NCBI GenBank assembly: GCA_965217895.1
Contig: CBDCJV010000002.1
Span: 2,688,001-2,752,000, forward strand
Length of the DNA: 64,000 nucleotides
Direction of reading: 5' to 3'
DNA from: Waterburya sp.
Lineage (GTDB): Bacteria; Cyanobacteriota; Cyanobacteriia; Cyanobacteriales; Xenococcaceae
Below, one piece after another: positions 52,854 through 63,602 of this stretch. Position numbers and translations under genes: made by a program. The notes under the pieces were generated by a model. That model was given only the letters and a program-made list of their open reading frames with translations, had not been told where the DNA came from and did no database searches. Within the stretch, counting starts at the first letter, position 1; every line of letters begins with the position of its first letter.

Positions 52854-52883
52854 AAAGAGTCGAGCTAATAAACTTGACTCTTT
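52854..52883. terminator. Bidirectional terminator between the TPR gene and tRNA-Glu
   Basis: AAAGAGTCGAG / CTTGACTCTTT stem flanked by A- and T-runs. Confidence 0.65.
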
Positions 52884-52899
52884 GATCTTTTTTTTTTGA

Positions 52900-52972
52900 T
52901 ACCCCCAAGGGAATTTGAATCCCTGTCGCCTCCGTGAAAGGGAGGTGTCCTAGGCCACTAGACGATGGGGGC
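52900..52972 (-). tRNA. tRNA-Glu(TTC)
   Basis: GCCCCCATCGTCTAGTGGCCTAGGACACCTCCCTTTCACGGAGG...GGGGGTA. Confidence 0.96.
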
Positions 52973-53088
52973 TTAGGGCTGTTGCTTGCTTTTGCGCAGC
53001 GCAACTGGCAACGTTTCTAAATATATCGAATATTTTTATAGGTGTCAATGCTTTTTGAAAAAATAGTCATTCAAACCAAGAAAAATTA

Positions 53089-53646
53089 TTATTGTATACC
53101 CCGCTGCATTTGCCTGAGACGTTTTTGCGCTGCGGGATCGAGGGTATTGAATAAAAAACGACCAGAAGGCTTCTTCTTTGTCTGTTTTCTGGTTTTGCTT
53201 TTGATTTGATAGTCTGCTCGTTTTACTTCTTTTGCCAGCATAGGAGCGGACAGCCATTCTGCACCGTATCCTACTACCGTAAGCTGTTGGGCGCGATCGC
53301 TCGTGGCAACAATTAACCGAGTAGACTCTTGCTGATATTTTTTTCGGCCAAATGTGGCACAGAATTTTTCGATGTAGGTATCGGCGGTTTCGGCAAACGC
53401 TGTGTAATGGACTGATAAAGCAGCGGTATGATCTTCCACGCTGCGAGGGGTGTCTTGATAGTGAGCGTCGAAAACTACTTTAGTGCGGTAAGCAACCGCA
53501 GCAGTATAATTAATTAGGCATTCAACTAATTCATAACGGGCTGCTTCTAAACCGTGGCGATCGCGACTGTTTTTTAAGTCCGACCAGTCGCCAATGATAT
53601 TGTAACCATCGACGAGTAGTATCGCCTGGTATGAGTGAGGTAACAT
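53089..53646 (-). CDS. NYN-domain (YacP/Rae1-like) ribonuclease
   Basis: LLVDGYNIIG, VVFDA, ETADTYIEK, IVATSD. Confidence 0.92.
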   Translation of the reverse strand: MLPHSYQAILLVDGYNIIGDWSDLKNSRDRHGLEAARYELVECLINYTAAVAYRTKVVFDAHYQDTPRSVEDHTAALSVHYTAFAETADTYIEKFCATFGRKKYQQESTRLIVATSDRAQQLTVVGYGAEWLSAPMLAKEVKRADYQIKSKTRKQTKKKPSGRFLFNTLDPAAQKRLRQMQRGIQ

Positions 53647-53860
53647 TGTAGTAAATGGTTTTATAGGAGAGTAGGTGTTGATCTAAATCCTATTCTAAGC
53701 AAAATTGTTAACAAAAAGTTAAACAAGATGAATATCGTGGCTAACTCGAACTCTTGAGCAGTCAGTAACGATATTCATAGCTTTTAGCTATTAGCAATCA
53801 GCTTTATGAAGAAATCCACCTTAGTTAAAGGCAATTAGTGCAGAATTGGCATTAAGGGGT

Positions 53861-54559
53861 TTATGATCTTCCTGTTGCCAGTAATTTTTCCTTAAGTCTT
53901 TGAGGATCTCCTTTTGCCATCACTTTTCCTCTGTCTAGCAGAAAAGCTCCGTCACAATAGTCTAATTCTTCTAGGCGATGAGTTACCCACAAAGCAGTAA
54001 GATTGCGCTGCTTAACCAAATTTTTTACCTGAGCTACCAATTCTAGTTGCGTATCAGGGTCTAGTAAAGCTGTGGGTTCGTCAAACAAAATTGTCTCACA
54101 GTTACGGGCAACAGCACCAGCGATCGCAATTCTTTGTTTTTGTCCCCCACTCAGCGCGTGAATTGGTCGTCTTTCTAAATTCAATAGATTGACTGCATCT
54201 AAAGCTGCTCTAACTCTTTCTCTGACCTGAGCTATAGACAATTTCTCACTCACCAAACCAAAAGCAATATCTGCCCCAACCGTGGGCATAACTAGCTGAT
54301 GGTCTGGGTTCTGGAAAACAAATCCTGTCTTATAAGGCATGACAATAGAGCCAGCATCAGGAATTAACAATCCTGCTAATAGTCTTAATAAGGTGGATTT
54401 TCCGCTACCGTTGTTGCCCAGCAGCATCCAAAATTCTCCTTGAGGGACTTCTAGGGAGCAATCATTTAGTACTATAGCCTCTGGTGACCAGCGAAAACAT
54501 AAGTTGTTAACTTTAATAACTGATGATTTGTCTAACTTCTGCTCAGTGGAGTAGGTCAT
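53861..54559 (-). CDS. ECF-type ABC transporter ATPase
   Basis: GNNGSGKST, VFQNPDHQLVMPTV, LSGGQKQR, DEPTALLD. Confidence 0.92.
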   Translation of the reverse strand: MTYSTEQKLDKSSVIKVNNLCFRWSPEAIVLNDCSLEVPQGEFWMLLGNNGSGKSTLLRLLAGLLIPDAGSIVMPYKTGFVFQNPDHQLVMPTVGADIAFGLVSEKLSIAQVRERVRAALDAVNLLNLERRPIHALSGGQKQRIAIAGAVARNCETILFDEPTALLDPDTQLELVAQVKNLVKQRNLTALWVTHRLEELDYCDGAFLLDRGKVMAKGDPQRLKEKLLATGRS

Positions 54560-54834
54560 TATTCGCTGACGGCAGTAGCAGCGAAGAAACCAGGCACTCG
54601 ACCTTCTGCCATGCCGCCAGACTTTTTATTTATGTTGACAGCGCAGATCATGTTACCTTTGACCGCCACTTTTTTATCCTCATCTTTATCACAGGTGAGT
54701 TCAACGAGGTCTGAACTACCAGAACGCATGACCTGAAGTATCTCTTGATAAAGACTGTCTGCTGCTTCAGACTCTTTGCGATGTACGGAAATAGGTAAAG
54801 GAATGTCTTGTAAAACAATATCAATAGTGAACAT
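54559..54834 (-). CDS. Conserved cyanobacterial hypothetical protein
   Basis: PISVHRKE...ELTCDK...PGFF; stop overlaps the ATPase start. Confidence 0.8.
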   Translation of the reverse strand: MFTIDIVLQDIPLPISVHRKESEAADSLYQEILQVMRSGSSDLVELTCDKDEDKKVAVKGNMICAVNINKKSGGMAEGRVPGFFAATAVSE

Positions 54835-55101
54835 AGAGCTTTAAAAAAAGATTGCAACACTTAAATTATGGTCTAAATTCACGGAAATTCCCATCTTTAT
54901 TTGGTCTAATCTTTAGAAAAACTTTAACTTTTCTTTGGATTTGAGCTGGAAATTTTAGTTACTTTCTCTTATTATGTATAATATAAGTAAAGAAAAGTTA
55001 ACTTTTCTCACAATTGGCTTGATGTGTTTTCGTGTCAAGTCATAAAAAATTGTAATTATTCCAACGATCTTAATAAGTATAATTTCGGAGATCTAATCTA
55101 T

Positions 55102-56160
55102 ATGACAATAGCAGTAGGACGCGCGCCGTCACAACAGGGCATCTTTGATGCAGTTGATGACTGGCTAAAGCGCGATCGCTTTGTATTCGTAGGCTGGTCG
55201 GGGATTCTTCTATTCCCCTGTGCCTACATGGCAATCGGTGGCTGGCTAACCTGCACCACCTTCGTTACCAGTTGGTACACCCACGGTTTAGCTTCTTCAT
55301 ATCTAGAAGGATGCAACTTCCTAACCGTAGCAGCATCCACCCCCGCAGACAGCATGGGACATTCTCTATTGTTCCTTTGGGGGCCAGAAGCAGGCTGGAG
55401 CTTTACCCGCTGGTGTCAAATCGGTGGTTTGTGGGCATTTGTGGCACTGCATGGAGCATTTGCCCTAATCGGCTTTATGCTGCGTCAGTTTGAGATTTCG
55501 CGTTTAGTAGGGATTCGTCCTTACAATGCGATCGCCTTTTCTGCCCCCATCGCCGTATTTGTCTCCGTATTCTTGCTCTATCCTTTAGGACAGTCAAGCT
55601 GGTTCTTTGCACCTAGCTTAGGTGTAGCGGGAATCTTCCGTTTCATCCTGTTTGTTCAAGGATTCCACAACTTCACCCTCAATCCCTTCCACATGATGGG
55701 AGTAGCTGGTGTGTTAGGTGGGGCATTACTCTGTGCGATTCACGGAGCAACAGTCGAAAACACTCTGTTTGATGACGGTGGTGAAGCAAACACATTTAGA
55801 GCCTTTGAGCCGACCCAAGCAGAAGAAACCTATAGTATGGTAACAGCCAACCGCTTCTGGTCACAGATATTTGGAATTGCTTTTTCCAACAAACGTTGGC
55901 TGCACTTCTTTATGTTATTCGTACCCGTAACAGGACTATGGATGGCAAGTATCGGCATCATCGGTATTGCCTTGAACCTAAGAGCTTATGACTTCGTATC
56001 TCAAGAATTGAGAGCAGCAGAAGATCCTGAGTTTGAAACGTTCTACACTAAAAACATCTTGCTCAATGAAGGTCTAAGAGCATGGATGGCATCACAAGAC
56101 CAACCACATCAAAACTTTGAGTTTCCTGAAGAAGTATTGCCTCGTGGTAACGCGCTGTAA
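55102..56160 (+). CDS. psbD: Photosystem II D2 protein (monocistronic copy, no psbC downstream)
   Basis: MTIAVGR start, [14 protein letters not shown], Tyr[24 protein letters not shown]; 352 aa. Confidence 0.98.
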   Translation: MTIAVGRAPSQQGIFDAVDDWLKRDRFVFVGWSGILLFPCAYMAIGGWLTCTTFVTSWYTHGLASSYLEGCNFLTVAASTPADSMGHSLLFLWGPEAGWSFTRWCQIGGLWAFVALHGAFALIGFMLRQFEISRLVGIRPYNAIAFSAPIAVFVSVFLLYPLGQSSWFFAPSLGVAGIFRFILFVQGFHNFTLNPFHMMGVAGVLGGALLCAIHGATVENTLFDDGGEANTFRAFEPTQAEETYSMVTANRFWSQIFGIAFSNKRWLHFFMLFVPVTGLWMASIGIIGIALNLRAYDFVSQELRAAEDPEFETFYTKNILLNEGLRAWMASQDQPHQNFEFPEEVLPRGNAL

Positions 56161-56236
56161 GAAACGCCAGAAAATTTATGCAGGTGAGGACAATATTATT
56201 CTTACTTGTTAATGTGAACTATACTTGGTTCTAGAT

Positions 56237-56265
56237 AAACTCCTCGCTATTGAGGGGTTTATTTT
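56237..56265 (+). terminator. psbD terminator
   Basis: AAACTCCTC / GAGGGGTTT stem followed by a T-rich run. Confidence 0.6.
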
Positions 56266-56455
56266 ATTTGATTATAATAAGTCTGCTCTAACTCTATTTA
56301 TCCACTACGTTTTCAACAACTTATTTCTGATCAAAAGTAGCACACGACATATTATCTAGATTAAAACAGTGCGATCGCCAAATTAGCAAACAACCACAAG
56401 CTATTTAACGATAAAATACTTTAGCGGAATATATAAATCATCAAAAAGGGCTTCG

Positions 56456-58891
56456 ATGCGCGTCTCTCTAAACTGGTTAAAAGAATTAGTCGATATCAAT
56501 ATGTCCCCAGAAGAGTTAGGTAGAGTCCTAACCATAGCAGGGTTTGAATTAGAAGAATTAATCAATCTGCGCGCCAACGCTGATGGTGTGGTGGTGGGGA
56601 AAGTAATAGAGCGATCGCAACATCCCAATGCTGATAAACTAAGCGTCTGTAAAGTAGATATAGGTGCGGACGAACCTTTAGATATTGTTTGTGGTGCATC
56701 TAATGTCAAGGCCGATATATTTGTTCCTGTAGCTACGGTAGGAACTTTTCTACCCGCCATTAATTTAAAACTCAAGCCGACTAAACTGCGGGGTGAACCT
56801 TCAGAGGGAATGATTTGTTCTTTGACGGAGTTGGGTTTGGGAAAAGAGTCCGACGGGATATATATATTTGAAAAGAATAATATCAAGCCTGGGGATGATG
56901 TTCGTCCTTTATTGGGTTTAGATGATGTCATTCTGGATTTGGCGACTACGGCTAACCGCGCTGATGCTTTAAGTATGGTAGGTATTGCACGAGAAGTTGC
57001 GGCTTTGACTGGTGCAGAAGTGAGACTACCTGAAATAAAAGAACAGAATATTGCAGCCAACAACTCTTTAGCTATTGAGATTCAAGAACCAGCAGCCTGC
57101 ATGGCATATATCGGTACAGTAATCGAAGGGGTAAAAGTTGCCCCTTCTCCTGACTGGTTGAAGTGGCGACTAGAAGCAGCAGGAACACGCCCGATCAATA
57201 ACGTAGTAGATATTACTAACTATGTTTTATTGGAATGGGGACAACCTCTTCATGCTTTTGATCGCGAGAGACTTCAGCAGGTTGCAGGAAGTAATAATTT
57301 AACTATCGGCGTGCGTTTTGCTCAATCAGGTGAAAAATTAAAAACGCTAGATGAACAAGAGCGAAATTTAGCTACTCAGAATTTATTAATTACCGCTAAT
57401 GACAAGCCTGTAGCTTTAGGAGGAGTTATGGGGGGAGAATCAACAGAAGTTGACGACAATACGAGCAATATCGTCTTAGAGGCAGCCCTATTCGATCCTG
57501 TGGCTATCCGTCGTTCATCCCGCGCCCAAAGTCTCCGCAGTGAAGCCTCTACCCGTTATGAAAGGGGCGTAAACCAAGTAGAATTAGAATTTGCCTGTAA
57601 AAGAGCGATCGCACTATTACAAAAATTAGCTAGCGGTACTCTTGTTACTCAAGCTATGTCCGATTATCGCCTCGATTTTTCTAGCCTTGATGCCATTAAA
57701 TTACGTCTGAGTAGAATTAATCAGATTTTAGGTACGGTAAACAATGAAGACGGCATTGGTTACATCAAGGCTGCTGATGTCGAATCAATTTTGGGTGCAT
57801 TAGGCTGTGATTTAGAGCCAGTCGCCGAGGAAGAGAATACCTGGATGGTGAAAGTTCCTCCCTATCGTTATCGCGATTTAGAGCGAGAAATTGACCTAAT
57901 TGAAGAAGTTGCCCGTCTTTATGGTTACGATCGCTTTTGTGATACTCTTCCTAATAAAACCGAACCTGGTTATCTTTCAACGGAATATGCAGTCAAAAAT
58001 AAACTTCGCGCTATTTTACGAGGTGTTGGCTTAACAGAAGTAGTGCAGTATTCTCTAGTAAAACCTACAGGTAAAGAAGTTACCTTGGCTAATCCTCTAT
58101 TTGCCGAATATTCGGCATTACGTGGTGATTTATTCTCTGGTTTATTGGATGCTTTTGTTTATAACCAGTCTCAGGGTAATGGCGCACTCAATGCTTTTGA
58201 AATCGAACGAGTATTTTGGCAAGCAGAAGATCGCTTACAAGAAAAAGATTCCGTTGCGGGAATTATGGGCGGTAATATTACCTCTCAGGGTATGTGGGTT
58301 GATGGTGGCAAAGGTACACCCATAACTTGGTATCAGGCGAAAGGAGTTTTAGAAAACGTCTTTAGTAATTTGGGAGTTAGCGTTGAATATCGCCAAGAAA
58401 GTGAAGAAGAAAGACTACATCCAGGGCGTACTGCTGCTTTATGGATACAAGGCAAGCGTTTAGGTGTCTTTGGACAAATTCACCCTCAACTGGCACAGGA
58501 GCGAGATTTAGCTAACGAAGTATATCTCTTTGAACTGGATTTTAGCATCTTGCTGACGGCCTTAAATCGAGATGCCATCACCACACCCAAATTTAAAACC
58601 TATTCTACCTATCCAGGTTCAGCTAGAGACTTGGCTTTCTTTGCCCCACTAGATTTATCTGTAGCAACTCTTGAGAAGGCAATAAGCAAAGCTGCTGGTA
58701 AATTACTCCAAAAAGTAGAGGTGTTTGATGAATATAAAGGTAAAAACGTCCCCGAGGGACAGCGCAGTTTAGCTTTCAACTTAGTTTATCAAGCAGGCGA
58801 TCGCACTTTAACTGACAAAGATGTCGATCCTGTTCATCAAAAAGTCCGCGACATTTTAGTTAAGAAGTTTAATGTGACTTTGCGAAGTTAA
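56456..58891 (+). CDS. pheT: Phenylalanine--tRNA ligase beta subunit
   Basis: [52 protein letters not shown]. Confidence 0.98.
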   Translation: MRVSLNWLKELVDINMSPEELGRVLTIAGFELEELINLRANADGVVVGKVIERSQHPNADKLSVCKVDIGADEPLDIVCGASNVKADIFVPVATVGTFLPAINLKLKPTKLRGEPSEGMICSLTELGLGKESDGIYIFEKNNIKPGDDVRPLLGLDDVILDLATTANRADALSMVGIAREVAALTGAEVRLPEIKEQNIAANNSLAIEIQEPAACMAYIGTVIEGVKVAPSPDWLKWRLEAAGTRPINNVVDITNYVLLEWGQPLHAFDRERLQQVAGSNNLTIGVRFAQSGEKLKTLDEQERNLATQNLLITANDKPVALGGVMGGESTEVDDNTSNIVLEAALFDPVAIRRSSRAQSLRSEASTRYERGVNQVELEFACKRAIALLQKLASGTLVTQAMSDYRLDFSSLDAIKLRLSRINQILGTVNNEDGIGYIKAADVESILGALGCDLEPVAEEENTWMVKVPPYRYRDLEREIDLIEEVARLYGYDRFCDTLPNKTEPGYLSTEYAVKNKLRAILRGVGLTEVVQYSLVKPTGKEVTLANPLFAEYSALRGDLFSGLLDAFVYNQSQGNGALNAFEIERVFWQAEDRLQEKDSVAGIMGGNITSQGMWVDGGKGTPITWYQAKGVLENVFSNLGVSVEYRQESEEERLHPGRTAALWIQGKRLGVFGQIHPQLAQERDLANEVYLFELDFSILLTALNRDAITTPKFKTYSTYPGSARDLAFFAPLDLSVATLEKAISKAAGKLLQKVEVFDEYKGKNVPEGQRSLAFNLVYQAGDRTLTDKDVDPVHQKVRDILVKKFNVTLRS

Positions 58892-59022
58892 TTTTGCGTT
58901 TTCTCATAGCTTCTTAAGGCTAAAAGCTAATTCACATCAGGCGTATAATATATCGTAGTACATTGACTAGTTAGAACAGAAAAATGAACTGCTCGTAAAT
59001 AACAGGTAACAAGTAACAAGTA

Positions 59023-59120
59023 ATACTAAATCCTGTTCGTATAGGTGAGTTATTGATTTGAGAGGTCAGAGGTCAGAGGTCAGGAAGTTGATAATTAGCT
59101 TTGTCAATCAGATTTAGTAT
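59023..59120. mobile_element. MITE-like element with internal heptamer repeat
   Basis: Perfect 10-bp inverted ends ATACTAAATC / GATTTAGTAT; (AGAGGTC)3 at 59061-59081. Confidence 0.6.
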
Positions 59121-59294
59121 AATATCAAGTTCGGATAATTGCTTTAATACAATATGTATCCATGAAATGATTAAAACTGGGTCTAAAAAACTTGCTATCT
59201 GCACACGCTCCAGAACGCGCTACTTGCTACTTTACCTACCTAAATTTAACTCTTCATCCGAACCTAATATAACAAGTACGTATTGCTTATTTAC

Positions 59295-59516
59295 TCAAAC
59301 AGTTTGTAACATTCCTTGGAAAGTATTAACTTCTGGCAAAGCTATACCTTCTTCAATAGAAGAAGCAATCATTAATTGCAAGACCTCTTTACCATTACTC
59401 AGTGCTTCTTCGTAAGTATCTCCGTAAGTTTGACATTGTTCTCCCCACTCTGGAAAAGTAACCACGAAACAACTATCTTTTTTAGACCACTGAATAACTA
59501 TGCTGTAATTTAACAT
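59295..59516 (-). CDS. HicB-family antitoxin (orphan)
   Basis: YSIVIQWS..D.CFVVTFPE...TYGDTYEEAL.NGKEVL...G.ALP. Confidence 0.85.
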   Translation of the reverse strand: MLNYSIVIQWSKKDSCFVVTFPEWGEQCQTYGDTYEEALSNGKEVLQLMIASSIEEGIALPEVNTFQGMLQTV

Positions 59517-59568
59517 TTTGATTCTGCCCCTCAATATTTTAGAAAGTCATAGATTATCTCAATCCCCC

Positions 59569-59646
59569 TTGATGGCTTGCTCTCGGATGGGGAGACTCCG
59601 CCACGCTCATAAATGCCTTTTCGGGCGGTCAACGCGGACTCCTAAA
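59569..59646. repeat. GC-rich micro-element related to the one at 41338-41473
   Basis: CCACGCTCATAAATGCCT (59601-59618) and GGACTCCTAAA (59636-59646) are exact reverse complements of 41389-41406 and 41358-41368. Confidence 0.75.
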
Positions 59647-59717
59647 ATGTTTATTCAATCATAAATAAAGATTTTGAGAACGTCATGTTTTAAAAAACCA
59701 GAAAAGTAAAATAAATC

Positions 59718-59747
59718 TAGGTGGGCAAACATCTCTGTCCACCCTAC
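59718..59747. repeat. REP-like palindrome
   Basis: TAGGTGGGCA...TGTCCACCCTAC; same family as 20197-20260. Confidence 0.55.
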
Positions 59748-59780
59748 AAAGCGATCGCACTAAATCTCCAAGATCAAAGT

Positions 59781-62700
59781 TTAAACAGAAACTATAGTTG
59801 CCAAAAACCCAGCCAAAGCAGAAGCGACAGCAGAAGTGAAGGAAATAGCCAAGATCCAGTAAGCAGCAGTGGCGATCGCTTTTTTGGCTGCCTCTACTTG
59901 TTGTAAGGTTTGTTGTTTAAGAGTTTGAGTCTTTTCGTCAACCGTCATTTTAACGGTTTCAATTTGCTGGGCGACATAATCTTGTATTCCTTGAATTTGC
60001 TGCAAGGTTGAGTCGTGAAATAGCTCGTTAGCGTCAGTAATTGTTGATAGAGTTTCGCGACTTAATTGTTCTAGGCGATCGCCTAATTCTTCTAGAGGTA
60101 TTTCTGCTATCGTTTCTTGCCACGAATCACTCAAAGATTGAAAGTCAAAATTAGCCAGGCTATCTTTAATCCGTTCGTAATCGAGATGAAATAAATTGAG
60201 TGAACTGAGATATTCGCCGAGGCGATCTCGTAGATCTTCAGTAAGTTCGTTAGTTTGCTTTTGCTTGGTTCTAATCTCTGCCGATAGTTGCTGAGTAATG
60301 TCTGCAAAGCGATCGCTAATTTTTTCTATTTCAACGGCAGTAAGATCCTGTCGTTCAGAAAGGGCTTTGTTCACACTTACTAGAGTTGATTCTAACAGAT
60401 GATCGTCACTAGAGGCAGCAGAATCAGGTTCTGAATCGAACTGTGTTTTTGAGCGATTGAAAATACTTTTAAGCTCTTGTTCGAGGTGTTCTGAAGTGAA
60501 TTCGATTTTATTACCGTGGCGGGCAAAATCTGCCAGTTCATCAACTGCATTTTTAGCTTGCCGAGTAGTGCGAGTTGCCCAGCGTCTTGGAGTTTTAATC
60601 AGCTTACGAGTTGCTTCTCGTGCCTGTTTAATTGTCGTTTGGATTTTTGTTTCGCTATATTTTTGAGCTTGTTTGAGCTTTGCCTCAATCTCTTGCCAGT
60701 TTAATTGAGCCAGTTGCTGATCTACTAAAGTCTTTGTTTGTTCGCGATCGAGATTTAATTGTGGCAGTAAATCTGCTTCAATTTCTGCCAGATTTGAGTT
60801 TTGTTCAATTGCCTGATATAAGTAATCGACTAAGTTTTCACTCAATTCTCTAGATTTTGTTTGTAGCTGCCAACTTTCGGGAATTATAGAGTCGTTTGAT
60901 TTTTGCCATTTGGTTTCTATTTGAGTAACGACAGTCTCAACCAGATCTCCATCTATTCCTTTCCGTTTCTCTAATATCTTTGTCAATTCAGAGCGATCTA
61001 TATTTAACAACTGCTGCTGCGCTGATGGTGGAAGATCGTCGGCTGCTGATTGCCAGAGTTGGTCTAACTTGGCATCAATCTTGGCTGGGGTTAAATGGTC
61101 TAAATTAGTGTAACGCAGATATGATTCTAGTTTATGCTGTAACTCCTTAGCAGTTGAGGCAATTTGAACCTGCCAATCTTTTACTCGATCGAGTAAGCGA
61201 TCGCCTATCATAGTCAACTGTTCTGTAGTTTGCTTGAGCTTCGTTGGCTCTAAATCTTGTCTTTGCTGTAACCAGGTGTGCCAATCTAGCTGCTGCCAAT
61301 CATCTAAAAACTGAGTTAATACCCCTGTAGTTACCGCCGATTTAATTAGTAGCTGTTCGAGCTTGGATGATAAATTAGTCTCTTGCAGTTCAGTTAGTTC
61401 TGCTTGTTGTAAGTAGTTTTTAAGAAGTTCGCTTAATTGTTGCTTTTGTTCTGATAATTCTGCTTGCTCGATTAAAGACAAAACCTCTTGCTTCACTATT
61501 TCTAGGTGTTCGACAATTTTATCAATCCTGGCTGCATCTAAGTCATCTCTTTGCTGGAGGATTTCGACCAAATCTTGTGGCTGAACCTGTTTTAATTGAG
61601 AGCGAACCTGTGCTGGATCTGCTTGAGGATCGTAAATTATCTCTTTAAATTCTTGCCAACCCTGTTCACAATTCAAATACCAGGGTGGCGCGTGCCACAA
61701 AAAATCTTCTACATCGTTTCTAATAATATTAAAAGACTGTGACCCTGATTCTGATGAATTAATTTTCTGGTACAGAGATTGGAGGCTATGCCAAACATCT
61801 TCCAACTCTACTTCTGAAAGATCGACTCTGTTGAGTAGTGCATTTTTAATTGCTCTCCAGTCTAGGTTATTCCAGCTTTCAATGATCGAACTAGAATTAT
61901 CGTCTATGGCGACTTCATCTACTTCAAGCGATCGCTGGTCTGAATCAACTGAATTATCCTGATCTTCTTTGCCTACTATCTGTTCCAAGCGTTTAGCTAG
62001 CTGCTCAAACTGTAGCTCTTCAGGATTGACCGACTGAAGAAATTGCAGTAATTTCCCATTTAAATCCTGCTTTTCATCCCTAGCTACGGCTTGTTGCCAA
62101 ACCCTATCTAATCGATCGACAATTTGCTCAACTACTGACGTGGGAAGATTTGTACGTTCATTAATTAAAGCGATAAAAGTTTGCCGATCTATTTTTTGTA
62201 ATAGGTTGGCATCGGCAAAAGATTCTAGGTTCAATTTGCTGAGTAAATCGCTAAATCCCCGATCGATTGCGGTCAAGTCTAGCTGAGGCGACGGTGTTGT
62301 CTTGAGATAATCATCAATGCTCTGTTGGAGGTCAAATTCACCTAAAGCAGCCTTTAATTCTTGATGGATTAGGTCTGATGCTGCTGCTTCAGTCAAAAAT
62401 TCTGAAGTTGCTAATTCTGTTCCTTGAATCGCCAGGGCGATCGCTTTAATTAATTGACGCAACTTTGTCCCTACCGAACCGAATATCCAACCCGTAACCG
62501 AACCTACTGCACTGTAGCTCGCCCAAATTAAAACCAGGAAGTAAATTGACCAAATAACAATCCCTAAAGTTGCTCCCGAAATAGGATCTCTAGCGGTACT
62601 AAACCTGACAGCTAAAAAACAAGCAATAAATAAGACTGAGTTGAGGGTAAGTAAAATTCCTAATCCTGCGAAGAAACTAATATTAACGTTGATTCCAGCA

Positions 62701-62837
62701 CTTTCGGGTCGAGATTCAGCGACTTTTGATGAGGCTTGGGGTCGATATTTAAGCAGCGAGATACCTAATGCCAATCCCAAGTTAGTCAGCAGAAATTGAA
62801 CGGCAAAAGCAGTCAGTAATCCTACTATCACTGCCAC
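59781..62837 (-). CDS. Large helical-repeat membrane protein of unknown function
   Basis: About 3 N-terminal TM helices (AFAVQFLLTNLGLALG), long amphipathic repeats (R.DL....I..I), one C-terminal TM; start uncertain because the frame stays open upstream. Confidence 0.8.
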   Translation of the reverse strand: MAVIVGLLTAFAVQFLLTNLGLALGISLLKYRPQASSKVAESRPESAGINVNISFFAGLGILLTLNSVLFIACFLAVRFSTARDPISGATLGIVIWSIYFLVLIWASYSAVGSVTGWIFGSVGTKLRQLIKAIALAIQGTELATSEFLTEAAASDLIHQELKAALGEFDLQQSIDDYLKTTPSPQLDLTAIDRGFSDLLSKLNLESFADANLLQKIDRQTFIALINERTNLPTSVVEQIVDRLDRVWQQAVARDEKQDLNGKLLQFLQSVNPEELQFEQLAKRLEQIVGKEDQDNSVDSDQRSLEVDEVAIDDNSSSIIESWNNLDWRAIKNALLNRVDLSEVELEDVWHSLQSLYQKINSSESGSQSFNIIRNDVEDFLWHAPPWYLNCEQGWQEFKEIIYDPQADPAQVRSQLKQVQPQDLVEILQQRDDLDAARIDKIVEHLEIVKQEVLSLIEQAELSEQKQQLSELLKNYLQQAELTELQETNLSSKLEQLLIKSAVTTGVLTQFLDDWQQLDWHTWLQQRQDLEPTKLKQTTEQLTMIGDRLLDRVKDWQVQIASTAKELQHKLESYLRYTNLDHLTPAKIDAKLDQLWQSAADDLPPSAQQQLLNIDRSELTKILEKRKGIDGDLVETVVTQIETKWQKSNDSIIPESWQLQTKSRELSENLVDYLYQAIEQNSNLAEIEADLLPQLNLDREQTKTLVDQQLAQLNWQEIEAKLKQAQKYSETKIQTTIKQAREATRKLIKTPRRWATRTTRQAKNAVDELADFARHGNKIEFTSEHLEQELKSIFNRSKTQFDSEPDSAASSDDHLLESTLVSVNKALSERQDLTAVEIEKISDRFADITQQLSAEIRTKQKQTNELTEDLRDRLGEYLSSLNLFHLDYERIKDSLANFDFQSLSDSWQETIAEIPLEELGDRLEQLSRETLSTITDANELFHDSTLQQIQGIQDYVAQQIETVKMTVDEKTQTLKQQTLQQVEAAKKAIATAAYWILAISFTSAVASALAGFLATIVSV

Positions 62838-63175
62838 TATAATCTGAGTCCCGACTGAAGCAGGATTAGCAACGACTAGTCCCTTAGCGATCGCAGCTTG
62901 ATAAAGATTGTAAACAATAGTCAGTTTGGTAAAAATCGTAATTTAAGAACAGATAATGAGAGTTATGAATCAATCATATCGTACTGATTTAACTGAATGT
63001 TATGCACTCATTTTTAACTATCTAATATACCTTCAATGTTTGCAGCGATCGCTTTTACTGTAGATTTAATAGTTTTACTAAATAAGATTACCTAATTAAA
63101 TCTTATTTAGCTTGATTCTACCTTTTGCCTTAACACTTTTAACTATCACTATATTTTCAATCATTTGCAAGTATC

Positions 63176-63213
63176 AAAAAAGACGAGGACTAGAATAGGT
63201 TCTAATCCTCGTC
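63176..63213 (-). terminator. Intrinsic terminator
   Basis: GACGAGGACTAGAA / TTCTAATCCTCGTC stem with an A-run on the plus strand. Confidence 0.7.
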
Positions 63214-63236
63214 ATCTATAATTCATTGCTTTAAAT

Positions 63237-63602
63237 TTAATGATTGCTATCAAACTGGCAGGTCAAAGGACAAGACGCATAAACAGGCAGATTAACTAAA
63301 TCTTTTTGTCCGTGTAGCCAACTTAACCAGCTTACTTCTTCAGGATGAATTCCTTTGAAAGAAAGAACTGCGGCACTAACTAAAACTACGGCAACATTTA
63401 AGCTAAAAATACCAGCAGTAACGACCAAAACCGCACTGGCAGGGATAACAGTTTGCAAAATAATGGTAGCCAAAATGCCAATCGTAACGATCAAAGCTCC
63501 TACAGGAAATCCAACTACTAACAGGCATACTGTTAAGGTAAAGCTCCAAATCAAGAAGCTCTTTACTAAACCAAAATAACTATTCTTTCGTACTAATTCC
63601 AT
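63237..63602 (-). CDS. Conserved cyanobacterial membrane protein
   Basis: Three hydrophobic helices, KGIHPEEVSWLSWL, YASCPLTC. Confidence 0.8.
   Translation of the reverse strand: MELVRKNSYFGLVKSFLIWSFTLTVCLLVVGFPVGALIVTIGILATIILQTVIPASAVLVVTAGIFSLNVAVVLVSAAVLSFKGIHPEEVSWLSWLHGQKDLVNLPVYASCPLTCQFDSNH

Noticed and set aside
53728..53778. ATGAATATCGT/ACGATATTCAT hairpin as a riboswitch or ncRNA
   Set aside because: No recognisable aptamer consensus; most simply a terminator-like or repeat-derived stem, and I cannot support more.
56401..57063. 220-aa minus-strand ORF and other short antisense or overlapping ORFs (e.g. 12676-13008, 19046-20047, 48524-48784)
   Set aside because: They are shadows of well-supported genes on the opposite strand or frame, with no motifs of their own.
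59101..59294. Toxin gene (HicA/PIN) next to hicB
   Set aside because: The minus-strand frames I translated contain stops and no toxin motif.
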